Positions 40,101-53,556 of a DNA stretch of 64,000 bases are shown here, piece by piece. A program made the translations under genes and the position numbers. The DNA comes from Paramecium tetraurelia. Taxonomy: Eukaryota. Under the pieces are notes generated by a model that searched no databases, had not been told where the DNA came from, and was given only the letters and a program-made list of their open reading frames with translations. Position 1 is the first letter of the stretch; each line of letters starts with the position of its first letter. The stretch lies in contig CT868041.1 in the NCBI GenBank assembly GCA_000165425.1, positions 434,001-498,000 on the forward strand, given 5' to 3'.

Positions 40101-42608
40101 ATCGTCAATTCCAACAAGCTGCAATATAAACCCATACATTCTGATAATTACTTAATTTAAACCTAAATTATTAAAATTGACAAATAATTCTACTTTTTGA
40201 CTCTAACTAATAAGTTAAAGTTGGAATAAATCTTTTGTAAGGACAAATGGGAAGATGAGTTGGATATACAATTGAAGGACTTAATCAACTATTCTGTTGG
40301 AAGAACTGGATATATTATAGATATAATTAAGTTACAAGAGGTGTTAAAATCAAAATTAGAAATTGTAAATTGCAAGATCCAATTGAAAAAAGATGAAGCT
40401 GACGATTCATCTACCAAAAAGGATCTAAAGTTATTTAGATAGAATAAGAAACTGTATTTCGCTAAGGAATCGATTCAATTTATAGAGGAAGAATTGAATG
40501 AGATGTCTTAAGACAGTTAAAGTCAGGATAGTGAGAGCCTCGATCTCATAGAGGAACATAAAAGAGATCCATTAATAGATATTATCTTCCTGCTTGGAGT
40601 CATCAATACTAATTCATTTGTATACAATGATGTTCATTTAAGAAGTTGTAAACTCCTGAGACTTATAGATGGCAAACTGATGTTGGCAGAACCTGATGAA
40701 CTTAGGAAACCAAAATTTCCAATTAGATTGATTCTGTCTCACGAAGATATGAACAAACATATAGCAAGGACAAATGAAAATACAATAGCTGGAAAGGATA
40801 TCACATTATTTCCTCATTTTAATTCTCTTTTTTTAGTTAAATAGACTCAATATAATTACAAGTTCATTAAGGTTAAATTGCAACTACAGTCAGATATTAA
40901 TAGATTGCATTAGGACATTAGAAACAATGCTGCAAGAGCCCAATTATTCATGTATTAAAATAATCATAGAAAACAGATCATATGTTTGAATTCTTAATAA
41001 ACTGAGAATTGGTTTCATATTTCATAGATTGACGGAAGGATGAGAGACTTTCTCTTTAGTTATAAGACTATGATGAAGAAAACATTAACAGGATGGAAGC
41101 TATTATAAAATAACAGAAGATAATCAATATCCAAAGATGTTAGATTCTTGCTAATTTAGGATAAATTAGTGAATACGAAATAGTATTTTATTCAAAGTAA
41201 AATATAAGATATAGGATATGTTTTTGTTACTGGAACAGTATTTTAAGAAATGTTATTAATTAAAGTCATGCCAGTAGGAAATAAAAGCAAGGTTCATATA
41301 TTTCTTTATAAAGTTTTTGATGAGGATATAATTAAAACTATGAATTAATTGTGTAAATATTTCATTTTAAAAACAACTTTGACCTATTCAAGATTAGAAT
41401 TGGTTCCCATTACTCAAAATCAAATTCGAAAATAATATCTATTGGGAAATTAATTTAATGATAATAACATTTTAATTGGATAGAAATTATATTCAAGAGT
41501 TATTTATAAATAGATTAAGAAAATAGATAAAAACTATTTTATTATAACAGTAACACTAATAAAGAACTATTTTCAGGTATACTTTTATAATTAGAGCAAT
41601 TGTAGAAGATTCTATTACACAATACATAGATCTGATTTTGTAATAATGAATAAATATTTTTTGGATTCCATCTTTCCAGAACAACCTAAAGAAGTAATGG
41701 AATAGTTCTTTAGAAATTGGAAGTTTAATGAGATTTCAAAGATTCATTCTCTAATAATAAAAGCACCAGAGACGTTTAGAAATAGAACTTAAATGTATAT
41801 TCAATAGATAAAAGATACTAAAAAAAGTTACAAGAGATCTGCCACATCAAGTCTATCGAGTATTAATAATGTGTTGAGATAATCTACTCTGCAATTTAAT
41901 AATGTGTAAGAAAATTCTTTTGAAGAAATTCTGAATAGAGAGTGCTGGTTATTTGATACTTTATTATTAAGAAACCAAAAAAGCATATTTGAGAAGAAGA
42001 TATGGCTAGAAATCTTAAAGCAAATGAATATCAATAAAAATTAAATAAGTTTAGATACGTTCAGAGCAACGTTGAATGAATTAGTTTATTCAAATGATAG
42101 AACATGCAATTTTTTATGCTATATTCCATGTCAAGAAATTCAATAATCGTTTCGTTGGCAACCTGTTAGATTAAGAATTTATGAGTATGATACTTGCAAA
42201 AGTGTAGACATCCCTTTAAACATAAGGGGAAAGCAAGTCTAAATTTATAAGTAATGCAATTAAATAATGGAGGATTACTTGAAATTTAAAATATTGCCAA
42301 GCAATTAAGAAATTATGAAACTAAACAAAAATAATGATAGTCAATTCATCAAATATCAGTTACTTTATAAGGGTGCATTTATGAAACATAAAATGTTGTT
42401 TATGGCTATTTATTTCAATAACGATGTGTTTCACATTTGCATCTATAGTAGCTCGAATCAATTAATTCGAAAGTTGGACATAATTTAAGTGGAGTTAAAG
42501 ATCCCCTATATAAGATAGTTATTGACACTGAATCCTTATGAGGCAGGTAGGAGAATTAGTTTAATATACAGAAATAACTTCATCCATGCTTCTTTCCTGA
42601 ATTTGTGA
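37152..42608 (+). CDS. Large (~1818 aa) hypothetical protein, TPR-like N-terminus
   Basis: ORF-track pieces at 37152, 38742 and 40260 share one frame; span 5457 nt is a multiple of 3; helical TPR-like repeats near the N-terminus and an IQ-like AADRIKAKMKHH segment. Confidence 0.8.
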
Positions 42609-43025
42609 TTTAATTAATTAATTAACATGTATGTATATAGTAGTTTTAGTAAGTGCACTTGAGGATTAATATAATCAATATTTCTTCGATTTGATAATAC
42701 CCAAGTGCTTTCTATTCTAACTAAATGTAGAGAAACACTAAATTCTTAGGATGTTTGAAAAGTGAATTAACTAAAAATTAGAGCAATATTTAATTGAATC
42801 AATAGGGATCATTGAATCTAAATAGACTCTGTTTCTATTTTGATGCTTACCAATTATTCCCAAATTTTATTACTATATTCAAAGGATAAACAATATTAAG
42901 TTATCTAAAATTGATTAAAAATAAAGGGTCGGCAAATAGTAGAGTATTGTAGAAGAGCGTGAAGGATAGAGAATTAGATTTTTATGTTAATTTGATTGAT
43001 TTTAATTAATATTAATATAAATATC

Positions 43026-43340
43026 ATGGAAGTCAAATATCGTCCACCACTTAATGATGTGTAATATTAATATACTAACAACATAGAAACGAATGCAATT
43101 GGTTGGAGAAAAACTTTGTCTCTTGCCTGAAAGAGAAGAGTGTGAAAGATGACCTTCCAAAAAGAGTATGCAAAGTGGAAAATGTATGAATTAAATTTAT
43201 TTAAGATTCTTTGGTTCTTTTTGGAATGTCCTGAAAGATCATCACCTTATGAGAATGCTGAATCACTAAGAAAGATTTATATCAAACAAAAATTGGCTGA
43301 TCTCAATCCAACAGTTCCTGAACCAAGAAAAAGGAAATGA
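43026..43340 (+). CDS. Small twin-Cys (CX9C / CX11C) mitochondrial protein, COX6B-like
   Basis: Spliced product MEVKYRPPLNDVNECNWLEKNFVSCLKEKSVKDDLPKRVCKVENILWFFLECPERSS...; two tiny introns. Confidence 0.7.
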
Positions 43341-43399
43341 AATGCATTATCATTATAATAAAGATAATAATAAAATTAATATTAAGCAATCTCTACAAA

Positions 43400-45239
43400 T
43401 CATAAAACTTTGGATTGTAATAAGGTTGAAAATTCTTCCAATGATATTTTACCATCATTATCACTATCACATTCCTTAAGTATTTGTATCCAAATCTCAT
43501 TAAATTACATCTAAATACCTCATCATCAACATCCCCCATAACATTTTATAACTCTGCTTTGGAGATGTAGTTGTCCCCATCCAAATCAATGACCTTAAAG
43601 GCCTATTCCATCTTTTGAACAGACAGGAACTTCTCCTAATTCATGGCTGCAATTAAGAATTCTATTATAAATAAATGTGTATGAATGATTACCTGTAAAA
43701 TCTACTTCCCCAGATCTATTAATGTCTACTAATTCCATAATGCGATCGACCTATTGAGTAGCTAACTCTTGATTGTTGGTAACTAAAGTGTAACCATCTA
43801 TTAATTCCTGTCTTGAGAGTTTGCCATCTCCATTCTTGTCAATAGCCTAAAATGTCTTATTCAATTCATCCTACTCTTATTGAGTGATAATTTGAGTGGC
43901 CATAAAAGTCAGAACTGCCTATTTGAATTTGCTCTTCGCATGAAATTGCTGTAGATTTTACAAGGCTTTTTGATTGACTTAATTGGAAGGCGCGTTGTTT
44001 TAAATCCACTTATCATTATATGCTTCCTCAGCACTTAATCTTTTGGCAGGATTGGGATTCAACATATTTTTAATGAGATTTTAAGCATCTTCACTAATAT
44101 GAGCCCAATCTTCAGGATCGAACTTTAATTATGCTGCCTTCACTCTTTTCAAAATATCTGATTCACTTCTACCTGAAAATGGAGGATAACCACAGAGCAA
44201 GATATAAAGAATGATACCACAAGACCAAACATCACATTTCTCGTTGTAGTTCTCCAATAACACTTCAGGAGCAATATAATAAGGAGTTCCTAATCTTTTT
44301 GTCATCCTTTTGCCAGTTTCAAATTTACGGGATGTCCCAAAATCTATCACTTTTAAATCAGCATCTTGTGAATCAGACACAAATAATAAATTCTCTGGCT
44401 TCAAGTCTCTATGCACAATCTTTTGATTATGACAATACCAAACAGCACTTAGGATTTATCTCATTAATTCTGCTGCTTTTTTTTCACTGAAAAAGTTCAT
44501 TTTCTTTATACGATCAAATAATTCTCCACCAGAACAATACCTATCCTCAATCAATTTAGTACTTACTCGGTAACCAAATAGTAATTTTTATCATCTTCGA
44601 ATAATTCATACAATTTTACAATATTTGGATGGTCTAAGTTCTTCAATATATTCATTTCAGAAAACAATTTCTCTTTATCCTCCTTTAAAATTGAGCTTTT
44701 CTTGAGTTGCTTCATTGCCCTATCCAAATTAGTCTTTTTGTGTGTCACCTTCCACACTTTCCCAAAAGCTCCTTCTCCCAATACTTATCCAGTTACATAA
44801 TGATCAGATATTTAACCCTTCTTCAACTATACAAAGACGTCTATGTTCACATTCAATTTATGCTCTTTCTCTAATGTCATCACTAACATCATACTCTATG
44901 CAGACTGCTACTCCAATATCTTCTTTCTGTCCGTGTCCGAATTCTATCGCTCCAACAATTATTCTAACTCCTTTGACACTACCATAGAAACCTTCTTTGG
45001 CTCCTCATAAACTTCTTTCCCTTCCTCAGACAGGTTTTATTTCAATCCTAATCCAAAAGTCTAAGCTGGTGTATATGCTTGACGTTTGTTAGCAGTAGAT
45101 TGTTTAACTACTCTTTTTTAAGAACCCTGTTCATTCTCGCCAAAAGCTGCTGATTGCACAGATAGTTCTATAACAAATATTATTCTTAAGGAGTACCATC
45201 TTAGGTTTGTAAATTTGATTTACAACAAGTTGCACCCAT
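43400..45239 (-). CDS. Calcium-dependent protein kinase (CDPK) with 4 EF-hands
   Basis: MGATCC start; GEGAFGKV, HRDLKPEN, DFG, GTPYYIAPE; EF-hands DKNGDGKLS, DINRSGEVDF, DLDGDNYIS, DSDNDGKIS. Confidence 0.96.
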
Positions 45240-45862
45240 GTTTTAATTTCTATAATTTCAATTATTATGAATTAATCTTATATTGAACATATTCGACCTT
45301 ATAAATTAAGCATTTCATGAGTAAGTCATATATAAAATCATTTCACACCAAATGTCAAACCAACTAAGTATTTTAGTCTCAACTTTATAATATTGGTTTA
45401 ATTTAAACAGATTATTTCTCCATTTTCAACTTTTAGAATATTTAAATTTACACTAAAAATTAATATATTTTAAATTGAAAAATATTTGATTTGCCTTTAA
45501 ATTACATCCATTTGAAAGTGCAATTTCATCCTTCTCCAATGCTCCTTTCAATTCATAATCACAATAATAAGCTAAAATTATTTTATGCAATCTTTGCTCA
45601 ACATCCTAAACTTTCTCATAGATCACATTATACTTCTCCATTTAACCTATTATTCACAACTTCAAGATATATTCCTATTAATATTAAAAATCTGTTATAA
45701 AATTATAAAATGTTTTTCACTAACTAAATTAGACTATATAGATTTGTAAACTATTAGGTTTGGTAAGATTTTCAATAATATTTAATGTGATATGATAATG
45801 AATTTAATTTATTTTTAGATTTAAGAAAAAAAGTAAATCGAAATTATGTTTTTAAGATAATA

Positions 45863-46801
45863 ATGAATTCAACCATTTTCATTAAATTTCTTGTTTTGTA
45901 TTTTAGTATTTGTATTATAGTTAACTGATAACCAAATTTTTTAACAATCTAAAAATTTATATTTATCTACATTTTAACAAAATGCATGAAAATAATGATA
46001 AAACTATAAAACTATTATGAAATCCTGAGAGAATTGCAATAATTAAATTAAGTTTAATATTTCAAATGAAGTATTGTATTTATCATTTATTTCAAGTATC
46101 GTACTTGACTTTGTTGTGAATTGAATTTCTAAAATATAATAAAATTTATGATTAATCAAATAAATCAATATTCATCTGAATAATATAAGAACGAATTAAC
46201 TTCAATGAAAAGAAATCCTTATTAAATAAAAAATATCTAGGATGCATCTGTTTAAGTGGAATTTTCAAACACACAGTTGATGAAAATCGTTGATGAAATA
46301 GATAAAATTCATTAATAAGAAAAAAATGCATTACTTGAATAAATCAATTACTTAGAAAAAAAACTGTAGTAAACAAAAGCAAAGCAATTGATTTAATCCA
46401 TAAATGAAGTTAAGAACATATACCTGAATTAGATTGAAATAAATAAACCAACTCGTATGGCATTGGATTCTCTAGAGTAACTTATTAATGAAAAACAACA
46501 TTATGAAGTATCTGATCTTAAATATCGTCTTCACTAAGCTGAGAAAGTTTTGAAATTACCAATGACGGAATTTAAAACATACCCTGTAGAAAAACTTGCG
46601 AATTCTATAAAGAAGTGTCAATAATTTGAATCTGAAAATACTAACTTAGCAAATATTTTAGAAGAATTAAATTAAGCAGATGATCAATGGAACTAAATTT
46701 CAAAGGATCTATATGACGAAAGCAGCACTTTAATAAATTCAATATAATCAACTACTCAAAACATTATCTATGAACTCTCTTTACTAGATTGCAATAAATG
46801 A
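45863..46801 (+). CDS. Hypothetical coiled-coil protein
   Basis: Code-6 frame ...IVDEIDKIHQQEKNALLEQINYLEKKL...TGA 46799-46801; 5' exon structure uncertain. Confidence 0.55.
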
Positions 46802-47327
46802 AAGGCAATTTATTCTTATTGTAATGATAATTTTTAATTCTGAATGCTATTTTATTATAATAAGTACTTTTATAGAATTATTTTTTGATATTCACACTTT
46901 AAAATTTTATTGGTTAATTTGAATTCTCTTTCTAATTATTTTTAGAATCTTGTTTCAAAAATGATATTTAATTCAACACTTTCGATGAGAATAATTAATC
47001 ACTTAAATTTTAATAAATTAATTAGCAATCATTTCATTTAAAATATTTATTTTCTTTATTAATGACGCATCAATCCTGAATATCACATTGATAACCTTAA
47101 TGATCATTATTAATTGAAATTGTATCACTCAGAGAAGAATAATTATAGCGTATTTGCTTTTTAGATAAATTAAAGAATTCTGGAATAGACTAAATTTGGA
47201 ATAGTTCAAAATTTTTATAAATCTTAGCAAATATTATATTTCCATCTGTCTATAAAAAGGGACTAAACAATTCTTAAGATAAATATTTCAAAATGTATTA
47301 ATATTTTTATTTACTAATCATTTTGCC

Positions 47328-48834
47328 TCATCCTATACTTCCCAATAATACCCAGAATTCTTTTCTTCAATTTTTTGATCTTAATTAACCCAATAGTAAT
47401 CAGCGTTGGAATCTGGAAATTATACTTCATCAGGTTATTAAAGGAGAGGATCCTTTAAATCTACTATGACTTCTGTATTATCATCTAAATCCTCAGCTGG
47501 ATGTTGGATAGCCCAAATTTCAATAATTTTGATTTTGAGCTTCTTGACATAGGGAAGTACGATTGGGCCGTTCTCATAAGTATCATCAAACTGGTTACAA
47601 TATGAATTTTCAATGTTTTTGTCAATCCAAATTCGGCATCCTTCAGCATTCTTGCCTCCGAATCCAAAACCCTTTTAGGAATCTAAATAACAATAATTTT
47701 CTTCTCCTTTTTTTGATTTAAATATCTTATAATAAGGATAGAGACTAAAAATACAATCATCCTTAGTTCCAAAATACTATTAAGTATCATACCATTTCAA
47801 ATTAGTAATTGCTCCAAAATTCTACAATTTAACTTTTTAATCATAAATTTCCTCGTGTTATACCAATATTAATGTGGGTAATTTACTATCTAAATTATAT
47901 AAATGCTAATAGACTACCTTTCATAGCCTGAATCATTTAATTAAACCCACCCTAATGAGCAATATTGGAATAAAGTAAAGTCAATTATGAACAATTTTTT
48001 AAGATTGAATTTGTGCTCAGTAATAATTGGAAATATAATTCATCAGTCAAGAAATAGGATGGTGTATTAATAACTGGAATAAAATTCTACGATTATTTTA
48101 TACAATTATTACATTAATTTATTTTCCCATGAATTTTGCCTAAAAATAGAGTTTAATAGTTTGCTTAGTTCCTGGCATTTATTTTGTCACAAATTCCACC
48201 AAATTAACCCAAGATAAGGAACCAGCTTCAGTTTCTAATAGAATATGTTGGAATTTTACTATAAAGCATATCAACCAAAGTTTTAATGTATCTCTCATTG
48301 GTAGCAACTACTTTTTTACCTATTTAATGCATTTTAATTAAATCCTTAATTATAATAATGTATTACTTTAATGACTCCTATGGTGTCTAGATATGTCAAT
48401 TGCAATTAAGCTAATTCTTCTTTGGTTGCTAAAAATTTAGAATCTTATAATGAAATCAAGGACATGAGTTCAAATCTCTCCAGGTTCTTAAACGTAGGAA
48501 TATTAGTTTGAACATCTTTGACCAACAATTCCACTTTTTATTAGATAGGATATTACAAAATTCAAACAAAGGCTCTTTCTTAATTAATCCCTGAGATCCG
48601 GAATATGACTCTAAAAATTTGAATAACTTAATTCCAAAAGATGGATTTTCACAGAAAATATCTTCAAATGATTTCTAGTTCAGCCCCTTAGCATCTCGTG
48701 TTCTTAAATATGCTTTTAAATTACTGGCTACTTAATTCACAATAATAGTGGAACTGATTATTAAGTGCTTAATATTCTGCTTAATCAAAAGCCAATGGTA
48801 CTGGATCCTTGCGACTCACTAAACAATTCCCCAT
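47328..48834 (-). CDS. TLDc-domain protein (MEAK7/RTC5-like, MGN- start)
   Basis: LLYSNIAHQGGFNQM...PTLILV...FGAIT...W...YFGTKDDCIFSLYP...GFGFGG...IWIDK...IEIW. Confidence 0.88.
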
Positions 48835-49189
48835 TTTATATAAATTATATATATATATAAATAAAATATAAAATATCTAAATTTTATTTAACAAACCCAA
48901 TTGCCTTTACTTATTTGAATTAATGGATATATATTAAAAATGTTTAATATAATTGCCAAAATCAGAACAGATTAAAAATATTTATATTGAATAATAAAAT
49001 TGTGAAGAATTATTTAATTTATTTCCTACTCATATACAGACTTAAAACAAAATTCAGTCTATATTAAATGTTTGGAATACTAAGAATTAATTCAAAATAT
49101 AAATTAATAAATCATAGTTTAAAATTTTTGCTACACTTTAATATGGAATATTTAGACAATATATAATATTTTATAATTTTTATAGATTA

Positions 49190-50559
49190 ATGTGTCTCAC
49201 TGCTACTATGGATGTTTTGTGTTGTACAGGAATGGCTTGTTGTAAGTCATTATGCTGTTGTTGCAAGATTTGTTGTGGTTCAACTTTTAAAGAATAGATT
49301 AAGTTGGCTTACATATTACTAAATTATACCACAATCTTTGTTACGATGATATTTTGCTTTTTTTTATAAGGTTTGTTTGATAACTATCTATCTTTCATCT
49401 CCTGTCCCTCAGATGATAGTTCATCATGTTTAGGAGTGTCAAGCATATATAGGATTTGTTTTGTGTTGATGTGGATGTACATATTTTTAATGATCTTAAT
49501 GCTGATTAGAGGAGAAATAGCCAAAGTGGCAAACGAGGGATTATGGCCCCTCAAATTTTTGTATCTCTATATTCCTATAACATTAGATATATTGCAGTTT
49601 TCTTCTTTGGAACTCTGTTTATAAAAAATTCTTTTTTTAAAGGATATGTGTATTTTGCAATTGTAATAAGTGGATTCTTTATGATTTTTTAAATAATCAT
49701 GTTGATTGATGTGTTTTATCTGTGGGGTCAAAGTTGGATTCGTATATATGATAACGGAGGAGAATACATGAAGTACATCTTAATCATCACAACTGCTATT
49801 CTATATGGAGGAGCATTTACATTGAACATCTTTAACTTTATATGGTTCTCTGGATGTGGAACAAACATTTTTATGAACGTCTTTACAATTCTTTTAATTG
49901 TTGGAGCTACTGGTGTTTAATTATTAGGATGGAATCCATAAGGATCCTTGCTTACATCAGGAGCCATGGCTATCTATATAGTGTTTCAAGCATATTAAGC
50001 TTAATCCTCTTGGCCTGATACTGAATGCAATTCATTATCCAAATCAGAAGGAACCAGAATAGTAGAAATAGTGGTAGGCATATTATTAACTGTTGTCTCT
50101 CTCTTGTATTTAACCTTTGGAACATCAAATTCATCTGCAACTAATATTGTTTAACTAGAATCTAAAGATGAGAAACTCGAAAATCAATAAAGAGAAGCCA
50201 ATTAAGCTGAAGGCAATTAAGATGAGGAATAATAATTATTGCAATAATAATAAAAACTAGAAGAAGCCAAAGCCTTAGTAAAATAAGCTGAAATGTTGCC
50301 TTACACGACAAACCAATATCTAATCTTTCATACTATTATGTTTATAACTATTATTTATATGATGATTTTGCTAACAAACTGGAGTGAACCAAACTTTGAA
50401 GAGACTTCTTTTGAAGCATATTAACCAAATAAACTGGCTTATTGGGTATCAATTTATTCTATAACTTAGGTCAAAATGATCACTTCTTGGTTAGCTGCCT
50501 TACTCTATATTTGGACATTGATTGCACCACATATCTTCCCTGATAGAGATTTCAGTTGA
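49190..50559 (+). CDS. SERINC: Serine incorporator (SERINC/TMS) family membrane protein
   Basis: Cys-rich N-terminus, GVSSIYRICF, NEGLWPLKF, QIIMLID, GSLLTS, MILLTNW, WVKMITSWLAALLYIWTLIAPHIFPDRDFS. Confidence 0.93.
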
Positions 50560-50687
50560 TTTAATATTAATAAGAGTTAAATTAATTTATTAAGGTGGGA
50601 TCAAATTAAATAATTTCTTTAATTCATAAATGATAAAATGAAATTCAATTATAGAATTATATTTAAAAACTAAACATGAAGAAAAAC

Positions 50688-52779
50688 TCATTATTGATAA
50701 TTCTCCCATCTTCTAGCAAATAAAATAGGATCATTGAATTACTTTAAGTTCTCGTTGATTACTTCTTAAATTATTAATAGCTCTTTTGATAATAATTACT
50801 AATTCACTATTTATATATAATTATATAATTATTATGAAAATCCTTTTGTAAATTACTCCAAATTATTATTAAAGTATTAACTAAACTTTCTGTCATGATT
50901 ATTGTAAAATACAGGTCTAACCTTTTCAAAATACTATTCAAAGCTATCAATTTAGCGTTATAATTCTAATTAGATTTAAGCAGGACAATAATTTTTTATT
51001 GCACATGCCTTTACTGCTAATAGCTTTCTTAATAGGAAATAACATTTTTATTTATCCTCCGTATTTATTTAGTCAAACTTTTTTAATACTGAATTTAAAA
51101 ATAGCAAAAATTTATATGTTGGTCTAATCGTAGCAGATAAAGACTCGATGACAGGAACTTCTTTTTCTTTTTCCTATTTCTTATTATCTATATCCGATAA
51201 ATTATTAACGGATAAATCAGTCTTAGCTCTTTATTTAAAGAAATCACTTCTTTTTGGTTGTATTTGATTAGCTTTTAATGCTATATTTTTAAAATCTGAT
51301 AGAGAACAAGTTGTAGTAGGACCCTTTCTTTATCTTAATGGAGAAACAATCAAATTTCTGAGAGATTAATTGATATTTATTGGAGAAACTCCTTTATTTC
51401 TACTTGTTAGTGTTTCGGTTATTTTGGGATCAAGTAATGGAGAATTAGAATTGATCTGATTTTAAGATTAGCAATTTGAAAACTGATTGTTTTTTATTGT
51501 ATCATTAGTACTATTAGGATTACTATGTTGATGTGTATCGCTATGTTCAGATGGCAATTGATTTTAATTAGAATTCAACTTCATTATATATGTTGACTAA
51601 ATTGTCGGAATATTGATTCGAATTTACTTTTTTTATTTTTCTTTAGTTATTATAGGGGATGAGTCAAATTTAGTTTCTTAGCCCTCTTCGTCAGACAGTT
51701 TAATTTGTTATAGGTTATTAGCTTCAAAGGTATGCTATTTCTGATGATTGCAAAATGATATTAGTTCCGTTTTTTCATCTATATTCTCCAACTCATCTGG
51801 TTAAGTTTTTAATACTTTTTGTGAATTTCCATAATTATCATTATTAGAACCATCATGTAAGATTGAATCGTATCCACTTGCTCTACGTAAGACTTTAAAA
51901 GGAATGTTCTGATGAGAATTATAGCATTTCAATTTTTTCTATTCATTCAGAATTGACAAAATTCCATCGATATTCATTCTTTTTTGTTAATCCAACTCCA
52001 ACATGCCTACAAGAACTTTCTAGATTTTCTTCGTTAACGATTTGTCATTCATAATTTTAGTGTGTATTTGTTATTGCTTTCCATATAAATCTCCATCCTT
52101 TTTGAGATTATAAGGAATTTCCTTATATACCATTAAGTAAAGAACTACACCCAACGACCAAATGTCTGATTTTTCAGAATAAGAGTTTGACTGAACCGTC
52201 TCAGGTGCCATATAAACTGGAGTTCCAACACTAAATCTTTTTATTATACTCTCAAAATCATTTTCAACTATGGCAAAACCAAAATCAGAAAGCTTGTAAA
52301 TTCCATTAGATCTCAATATGTTGGCTGGCTTTATATCTCTATGGATAATCTCTAAAATGATAAATGTACAAGGATTTACTTTGATCATGAAGAGCCTTTA
52401 CACCCTTTGCTATTTGAAGAAAAATATTCATTATATCTGCTTAAGTAAAATTGCTTTTTTCTAGTATATTGGCAAGGTCCCCATCATTGCAGTATTCACA
52501 TATAATATAAGTGTTGTTTTTCGTCTCAAAAATTTCATAAACTTTCATCAAATTCTCATGATCTAATTGTTTTAAAATAGCGATCTCATTTTTCAAAAGA
52601 GTTTGGGAAATTGGGGTTGTTAGAGTGGAAAAATTTATAACCTTTATAGCAACGACTTAATTGGTTATATAATTAATGCCCTTGTAAACTGATGATGAAT
52701 AACCCTCTCCTAAGATGTCATTAAGAAAGTATGAATATTTTTGAACTCTCTTTTGAATTTTCGATTTATCTTCAATCAT
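50688..52779 (-). CDS. Ser/Thr kinase, ULK/ATG1-like ciliate family
   Basis: LGEGYSSSVYKG, VAIK, EYCNDGDL, HRDIKPANIL, KLSDFGFA, VGTPVYMAPE, DIWSLG; long low-complexity C-terminus. Confidence 0.92.
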
Positions 52780-53556
52780 ACTATTTTATGCTTAATTTCA
52801 ATCTGAATAAAAATTATTTTGATGCTAATTTTTAAATTATTATAGTATTTATAAATATCTCATAAAATATCAATAAAAAACTCCAATTCACTTATTTCTT
52901 AATTTATTCTAATACTATAAAGATGTATGAAATTATCACTTAAATTTAATGATTGATTTAAATAACATAGTAATATGTATTAGAGAAAATACTGAGAACC
53001 AAATAATTTGTCTCATTTTATAAATAATAAGCTCCTTCGTATTGTATTAGTGAGTAATTTGAATTAGTAATGAATAATTATAATAAAAAAATTTAAGATT
53101 AAAAGATAAATATTAAAAATTATGGTAATTCTTTTAAATTTCTAAACCATTATGATATACATTTTTGATTCTTATTTAAGAAAAATAACTATAGAAACAT
53201 CAAAATTTATCATAATCAAACAAGAGCAATGTAGGTTTAGTTGACTAATTTAAAATTTCATCTATTTTTGATTTCTTTCTTAATATAGTTTTCTACTTTT
53301 ATGATAATTAAGCAAATTAGAGATACAATTCAAAAATTATTATTTTGTTTGAGCAACAAATAATCGATTTTAAATTCATTATTAATTACAATAACAAATG
53401 ATAAGTGTTTAAAGAATATGATTAAAATACCGTAAATACAGATTATTTCGAAGAAAAATTATTAATTAAATAAATGATTCAAGAAACCCCCTCCATAAAC
53501 CTAAAAAATAATATTAGATAATTAACTATTAATTGCTATAGTACATTATTTTTACT

